A stretch of 64,000 nucleotides of DNA from a virus (taxonomy: Duplodnaviria > Caudoviricetes): positions 15,870 through 79,869 of the IMG/VR virus record IMGVR_UViG_2684623061_000002, one strand, 5' to 3'. The notes below the pieces were generated by a model, which ran no database searches, was not told the origin of the DNA, and saw only the letters and a list, made by a program, of their open reading frames with translations. The number at the start of each line of letters is the position of its first letter. Position 1 is the stretch's first letter. Both the position numbers and the translations under genes were made by a program. This document shows positions 55,159 through 64,000 of the stretch, piece after piece.

Positions 55159-55604
55159 TGCACGTTCGCAACGCAACGCCGGCCGACACGCCGGCGCTCT
55201 TGGCCATGGGCGCGAAGTTCTACGCCACGACCAGCTACAGCGAGTTCGCCGAATACGACTGGGTGACCGTGTCGGCCCTGATCGATCTGATGCGCGACGG
55301 CGTCCTGCTGGTCGCCGAGGACGACTCGGGCCCGGTCGGCGTCGTCGGCCTGGTCGTTGCCCCCTTCATGTTCAACGGCAGCCGCAGCGTCGCCTACGAA
55401 GTCATTTGGTGGGTTGACCCGGATGCGCAAGGCGCCGGCGCCGGCAAGGCGCTGCTGGCGGCCATCGAGCCGGCCTGCCGAGACCGCGGCGTCTCCGCGA
55501 TCCAGATGGTCCACCTCAGCAACAGCCCGCCGCAGGCCGCGGCGCTCTACGAGCGCATGGGCTACCGGCACACCGAATCCTCCTACACCAAGCGGGTGAC
55601 CTGA
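55158..55604 (+). CDS. GNAT-family acetyltransferase
   Basis: WWVDPDAQGAGAGKALL, ALYERMGY. Confidence 0.88.
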   Translation: MHVRNATPADTPALLAMGAKFYATTSYSEFAEYDWVTVSALIDLMRDGVLLVAEDDSGPVGVVGLVVAPFMFNGSRSVAYEVIWWVDPDAQGAGAGKALLAAIEPACRDRGVSAIQMVHLSNSPPQAAALYERMGYRHTESSYTKRVT

Positions 55605-55605
55605 C

Positions 55606-56301
55606 ATGGCCGCAATCACGGGTGCTGCGCTCGCCGCGGGCGCGACGATCTACAGCGCGAAGAAGCAAGGCGACGCCGCTAAAGATGCGTCCCGGGCCGG
55701 GCAGCAGTCCGCGCAGATGGGCATCGACGAGCAGCGGCGCCAGTTCGACACCTTCCAGCAGAACATCCAGCCCTACATGGGCGCAGGAACGAATGCGCTT
55801 GGCCAGATGACTGCTCTGAACGGCGGCGACTTCTCCAGCTTCAAGCAGTCACCGGACTACCAGTTCGCGTTCGACCAAGGCCTGCAGGCCATCAATCGCG
55901 GCGCGGCGGCGCGCGGGGGCCTGCGCAGCGGCGGCAACGATGTCGATTTGGTCAACTACGGCCAGGGCCTGGCGACGCAGAACTACGGCAACTACTACAA
56001 CCGGCTGGCCGGCCTCGCCTCGATGGGCCAGAACGCCGCCGTCGGCGCGGGCTCCCTCGGGCAGCAGAGCGCGAACGCAATTGGCCAGTTGTACGGCCAG
56101 CAGGGCCAGGCCGCGGCCGGCGGCGCCATCAACCAGGCGAACGCCCAAACCAACGCGCTCGGGAGCCTGGCGGGCATTGCCGGCCAGTACCTCGGCAACC
56201 GCCAGTCGTCCTACGGGTCCGCGGTCGGCCCGGTAACCCGCCAGCCGATCGCGATGCCGTCGGCCTCCGTCAACATCCCCAAGTACCGCTACGGAGCCTG
56301 A
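55606..56301 (+). CDS. DNA ejection protein (gp7-like)
   Basis: G/A/Q-rich; SPDYQFAFDQG, AAARGGLRSG; synteny. Confidence 0.8.
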   Translation: MAAITGAALAAGATIYSAKKQGDAAKDASRAGQQSAQMGIDEQRRQFDTFQQNIQPYMGAGTNALGQMTALNGGDFSSFKQSPDYQFAFDQGLQAINRGAAARGGLRSGGNDVDLVNYGQGLATQNYGNYYNRLAGLASMGQNAAVGAGSLGQQSANAIGQLYGQQGQAAAGGAINQANAQTNALGSLAGIAGQYLGNRQSSYGSAVGPVTRQPIAMPSASVNIPKYRYGA

Positions 56302-56302
56302 T

Positions 56303-57967
56303 ATGGCACAGCTCATCTTCAACGACATCGGCGCGAACCTCCGCGAAGGGCTGGCGTTCGGCACTCAACAGCGCGTGCAGCGCGAGGGCGAACAGCGGCG
56401 TAACCGCCTAGCCGAACTGTCTTCGCAGGCCTATTCGACGGGCCCGGACCAGCAGCAGAACCTGCTCGGCCAGATGGCTGCGGTGAGCCCCGAGGCGGCG
56501 GCCCAGCAGTCGCAGCAGTTCGAGTCGCAGGACGATCGCCGGAACAAGACGCTCACCAACATGGCGCGGACGCTGGTCGGGCTTCCACCGCAGGCCCGCG
56601 CCGGCATGTATCAACGGATGCTGCCGGCCTTGCAGCAGTTCGGCCTGTCCGACCTGCCGCCGACGTACGACGCTCAGAGCGCTCCGATCATCGACAAGAC
56701 CGCGCAGGCACTGGCGCAGGCTGCAATGGGAGCTCAGGGCCAGCCGACCGGATTCCGCGAGCTGGACATGATCGCGCAGGCCGCAGGCTATGCACCTGGC
56801 ACGCCGGAGTACCAGCAGGCGGCCCAGGTCCGGCTCGGCCTTCGCGGGCGCGCGGCGACCGGCGGTTTCGGCTTCGAAGAGATCGTCGGCGCCGATGGCC
56901 GCACCCGGCTTGGGAGGACGAATCCGCGCACTGGCACGTTGGAGGTCTACGACGAAGCGACTGGCGACTTCACGCCGCTGGGCGGCTCCGGGCAGCTCAA
57001 CCCTGGCACCGCGCCGCCTCAAATGGCGCCGGTGCAGGCCCCGAGCGCATCGAACCTCGGCTCACCGATCACGATGCCAAACGACCTCAGCACGACCTTC
57101 GCATCGCTCGGGCAGCAGTTCCCTGGTACCCAGATCACGAGCACGCTTCGCACGCCCGAGCGCAACGCACAAGTGGGCGGCGTGCCGAACAGCCAGCATC
57201 TTCGGGGAACCGCCGCGGACTTCACTGTGCCGCCTGAGCAGCGCCAGGCCTTCATCCAGGCCGCGCGTCAGCAGGGATTTGAAGCGATCGACGAGGGCGA
57301 CCACGTCCACCTCGAACTGCCGTCTGGTGCGCGCGCGCCGGCCGTGCGTGCCGACTTGGGCGTCAGCCGATCCCCGGAGGAGCAGGCCGCGCTCACGACT
57401 GCCGCCCAGGAGCAGGCAAAGATCAATGCCGAGATCGGCGCCTACGACCGGATGACCGGCTTGGAGGCGGAGCGCGCGGCGGCGGTCGAGGGGGCAAAGG
57501 CCGGGGCCAAGACCCAAGCCGAGGTCAGCGCACAGCAGGGAGTGCGCACCCGGGACGCTGGCCAGGTTCTTTCGCTGCTGGCCGAGGCCGAGAAGCTGCT
57601 GCCCAGAGCCACCGGCAGCGGCGGCGGCGCGCTGCTCGACACCATCGCCGGAGCCGGTGGCTACGCAACCGATGGCGCGAAGGCGACGGCTCAGCTGCGC
57701 ACGATCGCCGGCCAACTTGTCTCCAAAATGCCACGCATGGAAGGGCCGCAGTCGAATGCCGACGTGAAGATGTACCAGGACATGGCGGGTGACCTGGCGA
57801 ATCCGGCTACGCCACGCGAGCAGCGCCTCGCCGCGCTGCAGACCATCCGGAAGCTCAGCCAGAAGTACGCGGCCCCCCAGCGGTCCCAGCCCCCACGGGG
57901 GCCGACCGCGTCGGCTCCGGCGGCCGGCGGTGTCGATGATCTGCTGAGCAAGTACGGAATCCGCTGA
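56303..57967 (+). CDS. DNA ejection protein (gp20-like) with an M15 peptidase domain
   Basis: TSTLRTPERNAQVGGVPNSQHLRGTAADF, DHVHLE; C-terminal PRMEGPQSNAD. Confidence 0.75.
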   Translation: MAQLIFNDIGANLREGLAFGTQQRVQREGEQRRNRLAELSSQAYSTGPDQQQNLLGQMAAVSPEAAAQQSQQFESQDDRRNKTLTNMARTLVGLPPQARAGMYQRMLPALQQFGLSDLPPTYDAQSAPIIDKTAQALAQAAMGAQGQPTGFRELDMIAQAAGYAPGTPEYQQAAQVRLGLRGRAATGGFGFEEIVGADGRTRLGRTNPRTGTLEVYDEATGDFTPLGGSGQLNPGTAPPQMAPVQAPSASNLGSPITMPNDLSTTFASLGQQFPGTQITSTLRTPERNAQVGGVPNSQHLRGTAADFTVPPEQRQAFIQAARQQGFEAIDEGDHVHLELPSGARAPAVRADLGVSRSPEEQAALTTAAQEQAKINAEIGAYDRMTGLEAERAAAVEGAKAGAKTQAEVSAQQGVRTRDAGQVLSLLAEAEKLLPRATGSGGGALLDTIAGAGGYATDGAKATAQLRTIAGQLVSKMPRMEGPQSNADVKMYQDMAGDLANPATPREQRLAALQTIRKLSQKYAAPQRSQPPRGPTASAPAAGGVDDLLSKYGIR

Positions 57968-60060
57968 TGGCCACCCTTGAACAGATCGAGCAGGCGCTGC
58001 GGGCCGCGGACGCCGCCGGCAACGTCGACGACGCGCGCCGGTTGGCTCAGGCCTACGCTGACATGCGCACGTCCACGACGGCCGCACCGGAAGCAGATTT
58101 CAGCGATGTAACCAGCACGTCGTCGACCACGTCCAAGCCACCGAAGCAGCGCACGACCGCTCAGAAACTGGTGCGCGAGGTCGGCGGCCTCGGCCTGCGC
58201 AACGTGGTCGAGGGCGCCGCCGATCTCGCGGGCATCGTGACCGACCCGTTGCTCGCGGGTTGGAACGCTCTCACCGGCGACAACCAAGTCCCGACGCGCC
58301 AGGCCTGGGGCAACGCGCTCACCTCCCTTGGTGTCCCGCAGCCCGAGACCTCTGGTGAACGCGTCGCCGGTGACATCGGGCGGGCGCTGACCGGCACGGC
58401 GCTGACGATGGGCGCGGGCACGCTCCTGCAAGGCGGTCGCGCCGCCGCGGCGAATCCCACTGCGGTCAACCGCCTCGGCGACCTACTGACCGCACAGCCG
58501 AACTGGCAGGTGGCGTCCACGATCACCGGCGCCGGCGCTGCTGGCGCGACGCGCGAAGCCGGCGGCGGCGCTGGTGCTCAGGCGCTGGCGGGACTGGCTG
58601 GCGGCATGGGGCCGCAGATGCTGGCCGGCGCTGGCGCGGCGACATTGCGCGCCGCGGTGCGAGGCCGTGACGGCTCCCAGATGGCGCGCACGATTGGCGA
58701 CTTCAACGCTCTCGGCGCGAACCCGTCCGCTGGTCAGGCGTCTGGGAATCGGATGGTGCAGGGCGTCGAGAACCTTCTCGCCGGCGCGCCGACCAGCACC
58801 GGCGTGATGACACGCTTTGCTGAGCGCCAGGCCGATGACATCGGCGAGGGCTTGCAGACTGCGGCTGAGCGACTGTCGCCACGCGCCAGCGCCGAGCGCG
58901 CCGGGCGCGCGGTGGAGAAGGGCACCGAGACGTTCGCCAACAACACCAAGGCCATGAAGAAGGCCCTGTACTGGCAAGCTGATCAGTTCATCCCCGGTGC
59001 GACGCCGATGCCCCTGACGCGCACGCAGCGCGCCCTGCAGGAGCTGACGACGCCCGTGACGGGGGCAGAGGCCACAACTGGTTCGCTCATCAAGCCGCGC
59101 ATGCAGCAGATGGCCGACGACGTGAAGGCCGACATCGCCGCGGCGCAAGCGGCTGGCGGGACCGGTATCCCCTATGAGGCGGTGAAGAAGATCCGCAGCG
59201 AAATCGGCGAGCAACTTTCCGATTTCAGCTTGTCGGTCGACCGGCCCACCGCCGAACTCAAGCGCCTGTACGCGGCGCTGTCGCAGGACTTGGAAGAGGC
59301 CGCCCGCGCTGCCGGCCCGCAGGCCGAGCGCGCGGCGCGGCGCGCGAACAACTACACCCGCGCCGTCGCCGATCGTTTGGAGCAGGTGCAGCGCGTCATC
59401 GACAAGAACGGCGGCCCCGAGCAGGTTTTCAACTCGGCCATGAGCGGCACGCGCGACGGCGGCACTACCCTGCGCGCGGTGATGCAGTCGCTGCCGAAGG
59501 AGGGGCAGCAAGCTCTGACCGCAGCGGTGATCAAGCGCATGGGCCTAGCGACGCCCGGCGCGCAAGACGCGGCCGGCGACGTCTTCAGCTCCGGCACCTT
59601 CATGACCAACTGGAGCAAGCTGAGCCCCGAGGCCAAGCGCTCGCTGTTCGATCGCTACAGGAAGGGGTTCAGCGAGAACATGGATCGCATCGCCCGCGTC
59701 GCCAGCAACATCAAGGAAGGCACCAAGGTCTACGCGAATCCCGCAGGCACCGCGAATCGCGGCGTGGCGTTTGCATATGCAACCGCACTAGCTGCGTCGT
59801 TGCTCGACCCAACCTTTGTTAGCACAGGCGGACTTTTGGCCGGCGGACTATCTGCAAATCTTGGCGCTCGACTTCTCACAAATCCGACGGCAGTCGAATG
59901 GCTGGCGAAGGCAACTGCTATGCCAAAGGGCTCAGCCGTTTCACAGTTGCAGCTTCTGGCGCGGATGGGCGAAGCACGCGGTGATGAAGATGCAACGCAG
60001 ATTGCGCGCGAGCTACGCGAAGCGCTGCCAAATGAAAATGACAACGAAGGCCAGCGTTAG
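57967..60060 (+). CDS. DNA ejection protein (gp16-like)
   Basis: 697-aa Ala-rich helical protein; third gene of the ejection cluster. Confidence 0.7.
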   Translation: MATLEQIEQALRAADAAGNVDDARRLAQAYADMRTSTTAAPEADFSDVTSTSSTTSKPPKQRTTAQKLVREVGGLGLRNVVEGAADLAGIVTDPLLAGWNALTGDNQVPTRQAWGNALTSLGVPQPETSGERVAGDIGRALTGTALTMGAGTLLQGGRAAAANPTAVNRLGDLLTAQPNWQVASTITGAGAAGATREAGGGAGAQALAGLAGGMGPQMLAGAGAATLRAAVRGRDGSQMARTIGDFNALGANPSAGQASGNRMVQGVENLLAGAPTSTGVMTRFAERQADDIGEGLQTAAERLSPRASAERAGRAVEKGTETFANNTKAMKKALYWQADQFIPGATPMPLTRTQRALQELTTPVTGAEATTGSLIKPRMQQMADDVKADIAAAQAAGGTGIPYEAVKKIRSEIGEQLSDFSLSVDRPTAELKRLYAALSQDLEEAARAAGPQAERAARRANNYTRAVADRLEQVQRVIDKNGGPEQVFNSAMSGTRDGGTTLRAVMQSLPKEGQQALTAAVIKRMGLATPGAQDAAGDVFSSGTFMTNWSKLSPEAKRSLFDRYRKGFSENMDRIARVASNIKEGTKVYANPAGTANRGVAFAYATALAASLLDPTFVSTGGLLAGGLSANLGARLLTNPTAVEWLAKATAMPKGSAVSQLQLLARMGEARGDEDATQIARELREALPNENDNEGQR

Positions 60061-60204
60061 ACCGCCAGCAATCACAACTCCAGCTATCAATGTGTATTCC
60101 CGGAAACCTAGTTTCCCGGGGTGCTCCTTTTCCCACTGCTCGCGCTTGATCCCATCCCAAGCCTTTTGCGGGTCGTAGCCGCTTCCCTTCCATTTGTCGT
60201 TCAC
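60013..60204 (-). CDS. Small membrane protein convergent with the gp16-like gene
   Basis: 63 aa from a GTG start; C-terminal TM LIAGVVIAGGLTLAFVVIFIW. Confidence 0.5.
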   Translation of the reverse strand: MNDKWKGSGYDPQKAWDGIKREQWEKEHPGKLGFREYTLIAGVVIAGGLTLAFVVIFIWQRFA

Positions 60205-60390
60205 GGTGGCGCTTCCGGTTGAGGCGCCCCAGCGGCGCCCGCGCGCCAATCCTACACCCCGTTTCGGCACCCCAAACAGAGTCCAAAAAGCAAAGCCCCG
60301 GAGCGATGGCCGTCGCCCGGGGCTTCTTCGTTCACCCCTTGTCAGACCAAGGAGCAACCGTTGCCGAAGTATACCAAAGGAATATTCCGC

Positions 60391-60504
60391 ATGAAAAAGG
60401 CCGAAATTGAGCTGGAAGGGGTGTTTTCGCCCTGGCTCCGATTCTGCATTGGCCTGGCGATTGTCCTGCTCGCGGTGACGCCCCTGGTGGCGGTCCTCCG
60501 ATGA
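60391..60504 (+). CDS. 37-aa single-TM peptide
   Basis: AAGGA RBS; MKKAEIELEGVFSPWLRFCIGLAIVLLAVTPLVAVLR; hairpins upstream and downstream. Confidence 0.5.
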   Translation: MKKAEIELEGVFSPWLRFCIGLAIVLLAVTPLVAVLR

Positions 60505-60535
60505 GCCAAAGCCCTCAAGCCAACGCAACCACCTA

Positions 60536-60566
60536 GAACCCGGCCCTGAGCCGGGTTTCTGCTTTC
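60536..60566. terminator. Hairpin terminator between convergent small genes
   Basis: AACCCGGC-CCTGA-GCCGGGTT followed by TCTGCTTTC. Confidence 0.6.
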
Positions 60567-60624
60567 TGGAGCCCCGAAAATGGCCTATGAACAGATTGGC
60601 GGGCCCACGCCCGACCGCTTCGCC

Positions 60625-60903
60625 CTAACCCTGGAACCAGATGGCATTTATCGCGTCAATGGGCGGGCGATCCCAAGTGCTGACCACCCCGGCTTGCGCA
60701 TCGATGACCGCCAGCTTGTCGTTCGCATCCATGACCGAATTGACCAGGGCGAACGCGACTGCGGGGGCGAACTCGGTGTTCACGTAAAAGAGTGAGAACT
60801 GGAACTGATAGCTGGTCCCCAAGGCTTTGATGCGGTCTCGAACCGCGTCGTAGTTCTGGCCAGGGGACATCAAGTCATACGCTATGAACAGGTTGTAGGC
60901 CAC
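60625..60903 (-). CDS. Standalone Cas2/VapD-like small protein
   Basis: GGAGG RBS; LFIAYDL, NYDAVRDRIKALG, FSLFYV, DANDKLAVID. Confidence 0.6.
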   Translation of the reverse strand: MAYNLFIAYDLMSPGQNYDAVRDRIKALGTSYQFQFSLFYVNTEFAPAVAFALVNSVMDANDKLAVIDAQAGVVSTWDRPPIDAINAIWFQG

Positions 60904-60955
60904 GGCCTGCCCTCCTTGGGCTGAGTTGTTCTGGCGACAACGTGAAAACCACCCC

Positions 60956-60977
60956 AAACCCGCCATCGGCGGGTTTT
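60956..60977. terminator. Terminator-like hairpin
   Basis: AAACCCGCC-ATC-GGCGGGTTT. Confidence 0.6.
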
Positions 60978-60997
60978 GCCGTTATTGGGAGCTCGAA

Positions 60998-61819
60998 ATG
61001 GCAGCTTTCCGCGTGCTGGACCCGTTCCAGACCTTCTTCAACCTCGACAGCACGGCGCCGGCGGCGGGCGGCCGGGTGGACTTCTTCGAGTCCGGGACGA
61101 GCACCCCGAAGGCGGTGTATGCCGACCCGGGCCTGACGACCAGCAACGGCAGCTCTATCGACCTCGACGCCGCCGGCCGGCTCGAGGTGGACTGCTGGGG
61201 CGACGGCGCTTACCGGGTCCGGCAGTACGACGCCGACGACACCCTGGTGAAGGAGCTGGACAACATTCAGCCGACGACCAGCAGCGGCCTGGAGATCCCG
61301 ACCCCGCTGGAGGCTGGCGCGGTGCTGAGCAACGACGGCGCGATTCTGCAATGGCTGCAGGCGCTGTTCATGCCCGACCCCACGGGGCAGAACGGCAAGT
61401 TCCCACAGGCGAATGGGTCTGGGTACACGCTTGTCGATATCACCATTCCGACCCCGGCGGCCCCAGACATCGTCCTTACTGGCACGGGAGCGGCCGGCAG
61501 CTTCCGGGCCGGCACGACTGCGGTCGCGAAAAAGTTCTACCTGCAGTGGGGCTCGGACACGATGGCGGCGAGCGGGCAGACAGCGGCCGCTGGCAGTTTC
61601 AACTTCCCCGCCGGGTTTGACGAGGCGCCGAGGGTTCTCATCGTCGGCAAGTCGGCCAGCGTTGCGGCCGAGGGCCAGATACCCGCCGTCGCCGTCACGA
61701 ACACCACCACGACCGGATTCTCGGTCGCCATGAACACCGACGACTACACGCGGAACGGGTCGCGCATCAATAGTGCCGTGCCGTTCGATTGGTTTGCGAT
61801 CGGCTTCAAGACGGTCTGA
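60998..61819 (+). CDS. Tail fibre / adaptor protein
   Basis: GGRVDFFESGTSTPKAVYAD, IDLDAAGR; C-terminal LQWG, FDWFAIG. Confidence 0.7.
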   Translation: MAAFRVLDPFQTFFNLDSTAPAAGGRVDFFESGTSTPKAVYADPGLTTSNGSSIDLDAAGRLEVDCWGDGAYRVRQYDADDTLVKELDNIQPTTSSGLEIPTPLEAGAVLSNDGAILQWLQALFMPDPTGQNGKFPQANGSGYTLVDITIPTPAAPDIVLTGTGAAGSFRAGTTAVAKKFYLQWGSDTMAASGQTAAAGSFNFPAGFDEAPRVLIVGKSASVAAEGQIPAVAVTNTTTTGFSVAMNTDDYTRNGSRINSAVPFDWFAIGFKTV

Positions 61820-61821
61820 CC

Positions 61822-62616
61822 GTGGCCATCGGTATTCCTTCGTCGCAAGAGCGACTGATCGACATCGGCCGGGACGGCGTGCCGCGGCCGACCGCCGCCT
61901 ACTTCCGCTTTTGGCAGGCCCTGGCGCGTGCGGCGGCGAGCAGCGGCGTCAGTTCCGACGAATTCCGTGATCTTCTGCTCTACCTGGGGTCGACGGACGG
62001 AACCCTTAGTGGGCTGCCGCCGTTCTCGCCGGGGGACTACATGCCGATCACGGCGAACGTCCAGGGCGATTACTCGGTCGAGTCGAACGGCATCCTGTCG
62101 CAGGGCATCGTCTCGATCACCCTGGTCAACGACGAGTTCGAGCCGCTCCCGACGCACTACTACGGCACCGGCGCCGACGGCCAGCGCGGGTACAAGGCGG
62201 TGGCGGACGCTTTCACGTCGCTGCCCGAGATCACGCTGATCGTCGGGCCGGACGGGGTGACCGAGGTGTCTCTGACCCCAGTCCCCGACAGCGGCGCCGG
62301 CGCGCTCCTGGCGATCACCCGGAACGGGTTCGGCCAGGTCACGGGGACGCGCACGCCCTCGACCGACGATCTGGCCGAGGGAGCCGCCAACCTCTACTTC
62401 TCGACCGAGCGCGCGCAGGACGCCACAGGCGCGGCGATTGCGGCCGGCACCGGCGATGGCGTGACCCTGGCTTACGACGATGGTGCGAACGCGATCAACG
62501 CCACGAACACGGACAAGGGCAGCGTCGCTGTCGCGGCGCACGAAGCTGCCGCCGACCCCCACCCCCAATACACCACCCACGGCGAGGCTCTATACCTCGT
62601 CTCGCTGAGGTTCTGA
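61822..62616 (+). CDS. Tail-associated protein
   Basis: STDDLAEGAANLYFS and AHEAAADPHPQY fibre-type motifs. Confidence 0.65.
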   Translation: MAIGIPSSQERLIDIGRDGVPRPTAAYFRFWQALARAAASSGVSSDEFRDLLLYLGSTDGTLSGLPPFSPGDYMPITANVQGDYSVESNGILSQGIVSITLVNDEFEPLPTHYYGTGADGQRGYKAVADAFTSLPEITLIVGPDGVTEVSLTPVPDSGAGALLAITRNGFGQVTGTRTPSTDDLAEGAANLYFSTERAQDATGAAIAAGTGDGVTLAYDDGANAINATNTDKGSVAVAAHEAAADPHPQYTTHGEALYLVSLRF

Positions 62617-63659
62617 TGATCCTGCTCAATGACCTTCAGGTGCTGCAGATCGTGCTTTCCGGCGCGGTCGCCACGTCGCAGCCGCACTTCTATGCCGGTT
62701 ACGTCGACCTGGCTTCCGGCATCCTCTCGACCCCGGCGCCGGTGACCGGCACGACCAACAGCACCACGGCGGTCACCTGGGTCGCGGCGCCTGCGGCGAG
62801 CACCGTTCGTCAGGTCAAGGCGCTGAGCCTCTACAACGCCGATACCTCGTCGGTTACGGCGACCGTCCGCGTCAACGACAACGGGACGAACCGCACGCTG
62901 CGGGTCGTGACCCTGCTACCTGGCCAGAGCCTGGAGTATGTCGACACGGCGGGCTGGTCTGTCGCGGACAGCGCTCAGTCGCCGACATCGGTCGGCTACA
63001 TCGATGGCCTACGCCTTTTGTATGTGAGTGCAAACGCAGTCACCGCTGATTCCGGCAGCGCCTACATCCAGGGGCTCGCGCGCCGCGTCGATGTGTCGAC
63101 GGCTATTGCCAAGTCGAGCCTGTCGCTATCGGCCAGCACCTGGTATCACGTTTATCTGTTTGAGAGCGCTGGTGTTGCTGATATCGAGATCGTGACCACA
63201 GCGCCGGCTGCGGCTTACAACGGCACTGCTCGGAGCAAAACAGGCGATACGTCTCGTCGATATTTGGGGAGCGTCCGGACGGACGGTTCTGGAAACATCC
63301 TTGCGTTTACGCACTACGGCAACCGAATCGCGTACGACGCCGGCGGAAGCGGCACGTTGCGCCCACTGGCCAACGGCAATGCCACCTCGGACACGGCGGT
63401 GAGTTTGGCGTCGTATGTGCCGGTCACCACCACCGTTGCGACCCTGCTGCTCAGTACAAATTCGTCGACTGCCTATTTTCAAGTCAAGAAGGCTGTTGCT
63501 GCGGCGATCTACTTCACCATTGGCCCGTCGGTAAACTCTTCCGACGTCGCGTTGATCGTGATCGACATACCAGCGCCAGGACAGGCAATTGCCTACGTGG
63601 GGCAGTCGTCCAGTGCGGCCGCTTATATCGACGTCCTCGGTTACGTCTTGGAGCGATGA
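62616..63659 (+). CDS. Putative tail fibre / receptor-binding protein
   Basis: S/T/A-rich beta protein; GYIDGL, RRYLGSVRTD; followed by a chaperone gene. Confidence 0.65.
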   Translation: MILLNDLQVLQIVLSGAVATSQPHFYAGYVDLASGILSTPAPVTGTTNSTTAVTWVAAPAASTVRQVKALSLYNADTSSVTATVRVNDNGTNRTLRVVTLLPGQSLEYVDTAGWSVADSAQSPTSVGYIDGLRLLYVSANAVTADSGSAYIQGLARRVDVSTAIAKSSLSLSASTWYHVYLFESAGVADIEIVTTAPAAAYNGTARSKTGDTSRRYLGSVRTDGSGNILAFTHYGNRIAYDAGGSGTLRPLANGNATSDTAVSLASYVPVTTTVATLLLSTNSSTAYFQVKKAVAAAIYFTIGPSVNSSDVALIVIDIPAPGQAIAYVGQSSSAAAYIDVLGYVLER

Positions 63660-64000
63660 CCATGTACGCCCACACGGATACGAGCTACAGAGAAATCGCA
63701 AGCGAGACCGAATTGCTTCCTGGCGAACTCTTGAGTGCCGTGGTCCCGCAAGTGGTTCTAAGCCATCTGCGCCGGCAGCAAGCCCGAGGCTGGCGAGAGG
63801 GGTTCTTGCGGGCCTCGGATTGGACGCAAGTGCCAGACTCTCCGCTGGGCTTGGTCGACAAGCAGGCATGGGCCACCTACCGGGCTGCGCTCCGAGCGCT
63901 TCCGCAGCAGCCTGGCTTCCCGGACGTCGAGTGGCCTCGGCCGCCGAACCTGGCGGACGGGACTGCCGATCAGCCTGAACCCGGCGCAGGGGATTCCTGA
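63656..64000 (+). CDS. Tail fibre assembly chaperone
   Basis: LRASDWTQVPDSPL, WATYRAALRALPQQPGFP, WP. Confidence 0.85.
   Translation: MTMYAHTDTSYREIASETELLPGELLSAVVPQVVLSHLRRQQARGWREGFLRASDWTQVPDSPLGLVDKQAWATYRAALRALPQQPGFPDVEWPRPPNLADGTADQPEPGAGDS

Larger units (their letters stand above)
25368..64000. mobile_element. P22-like lambdoid prophage (right end outside the window)
   Basis: Order int-xis-early left operon-cI/cro-rep-dnaB-Q-lysis-terS/L-portal-coat-gp4-gp10-ejection-tail. Confidence 0.92.

Noticed and set aside
60625-60903. CRISPR-Cas locus
   Set aside because: Only a lone Cas2-like gene; no cas1, effector genes or array in the window

Overview
The window holds two adjacent prophages, probably in a Xanthomonadales host (inferred from an XVIPCD-type effector). 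Positions 1 to about 25415 are the right part of a P2-like (Smp131/phiCTX-type) prophage with tail, lysis, head and packaging genes and a cos-like site. It has three cargo slots: (i) between S and J, holding HNH, TM-HEPN-like and Cys-rich orphan genes; (ii) between portal and cos, holding an AHH-nuclease/PG-binding/XVIPCD T4SS effector with its immunity gene; (iii) between cos and att. The third slot carries a retron-type reverse transcriptase operon: promoter, structured leader RNA, an unannotated 56-aa ORF whose RBS and start codon sit inside a hairpin, XRE-HTH, RT. Next to it is a TIR/NDT-like gene flanked by two small SAAGSAL-repeat proteins. A 3' tRNA-Lys fragment (att core) separates this prophage from a P22-like lambdoid prophage (about 25368 to beyond 64000). 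That phage carries an integrase, a two-frame nested C5 methyltransferase, recombination genes, a cI/cro switch with five TACC-N4-GGTA operators, replication, Q, lysis, head, ejection and tail genes. All product calls come from motif recognition by eye; no database search or folding program was run.
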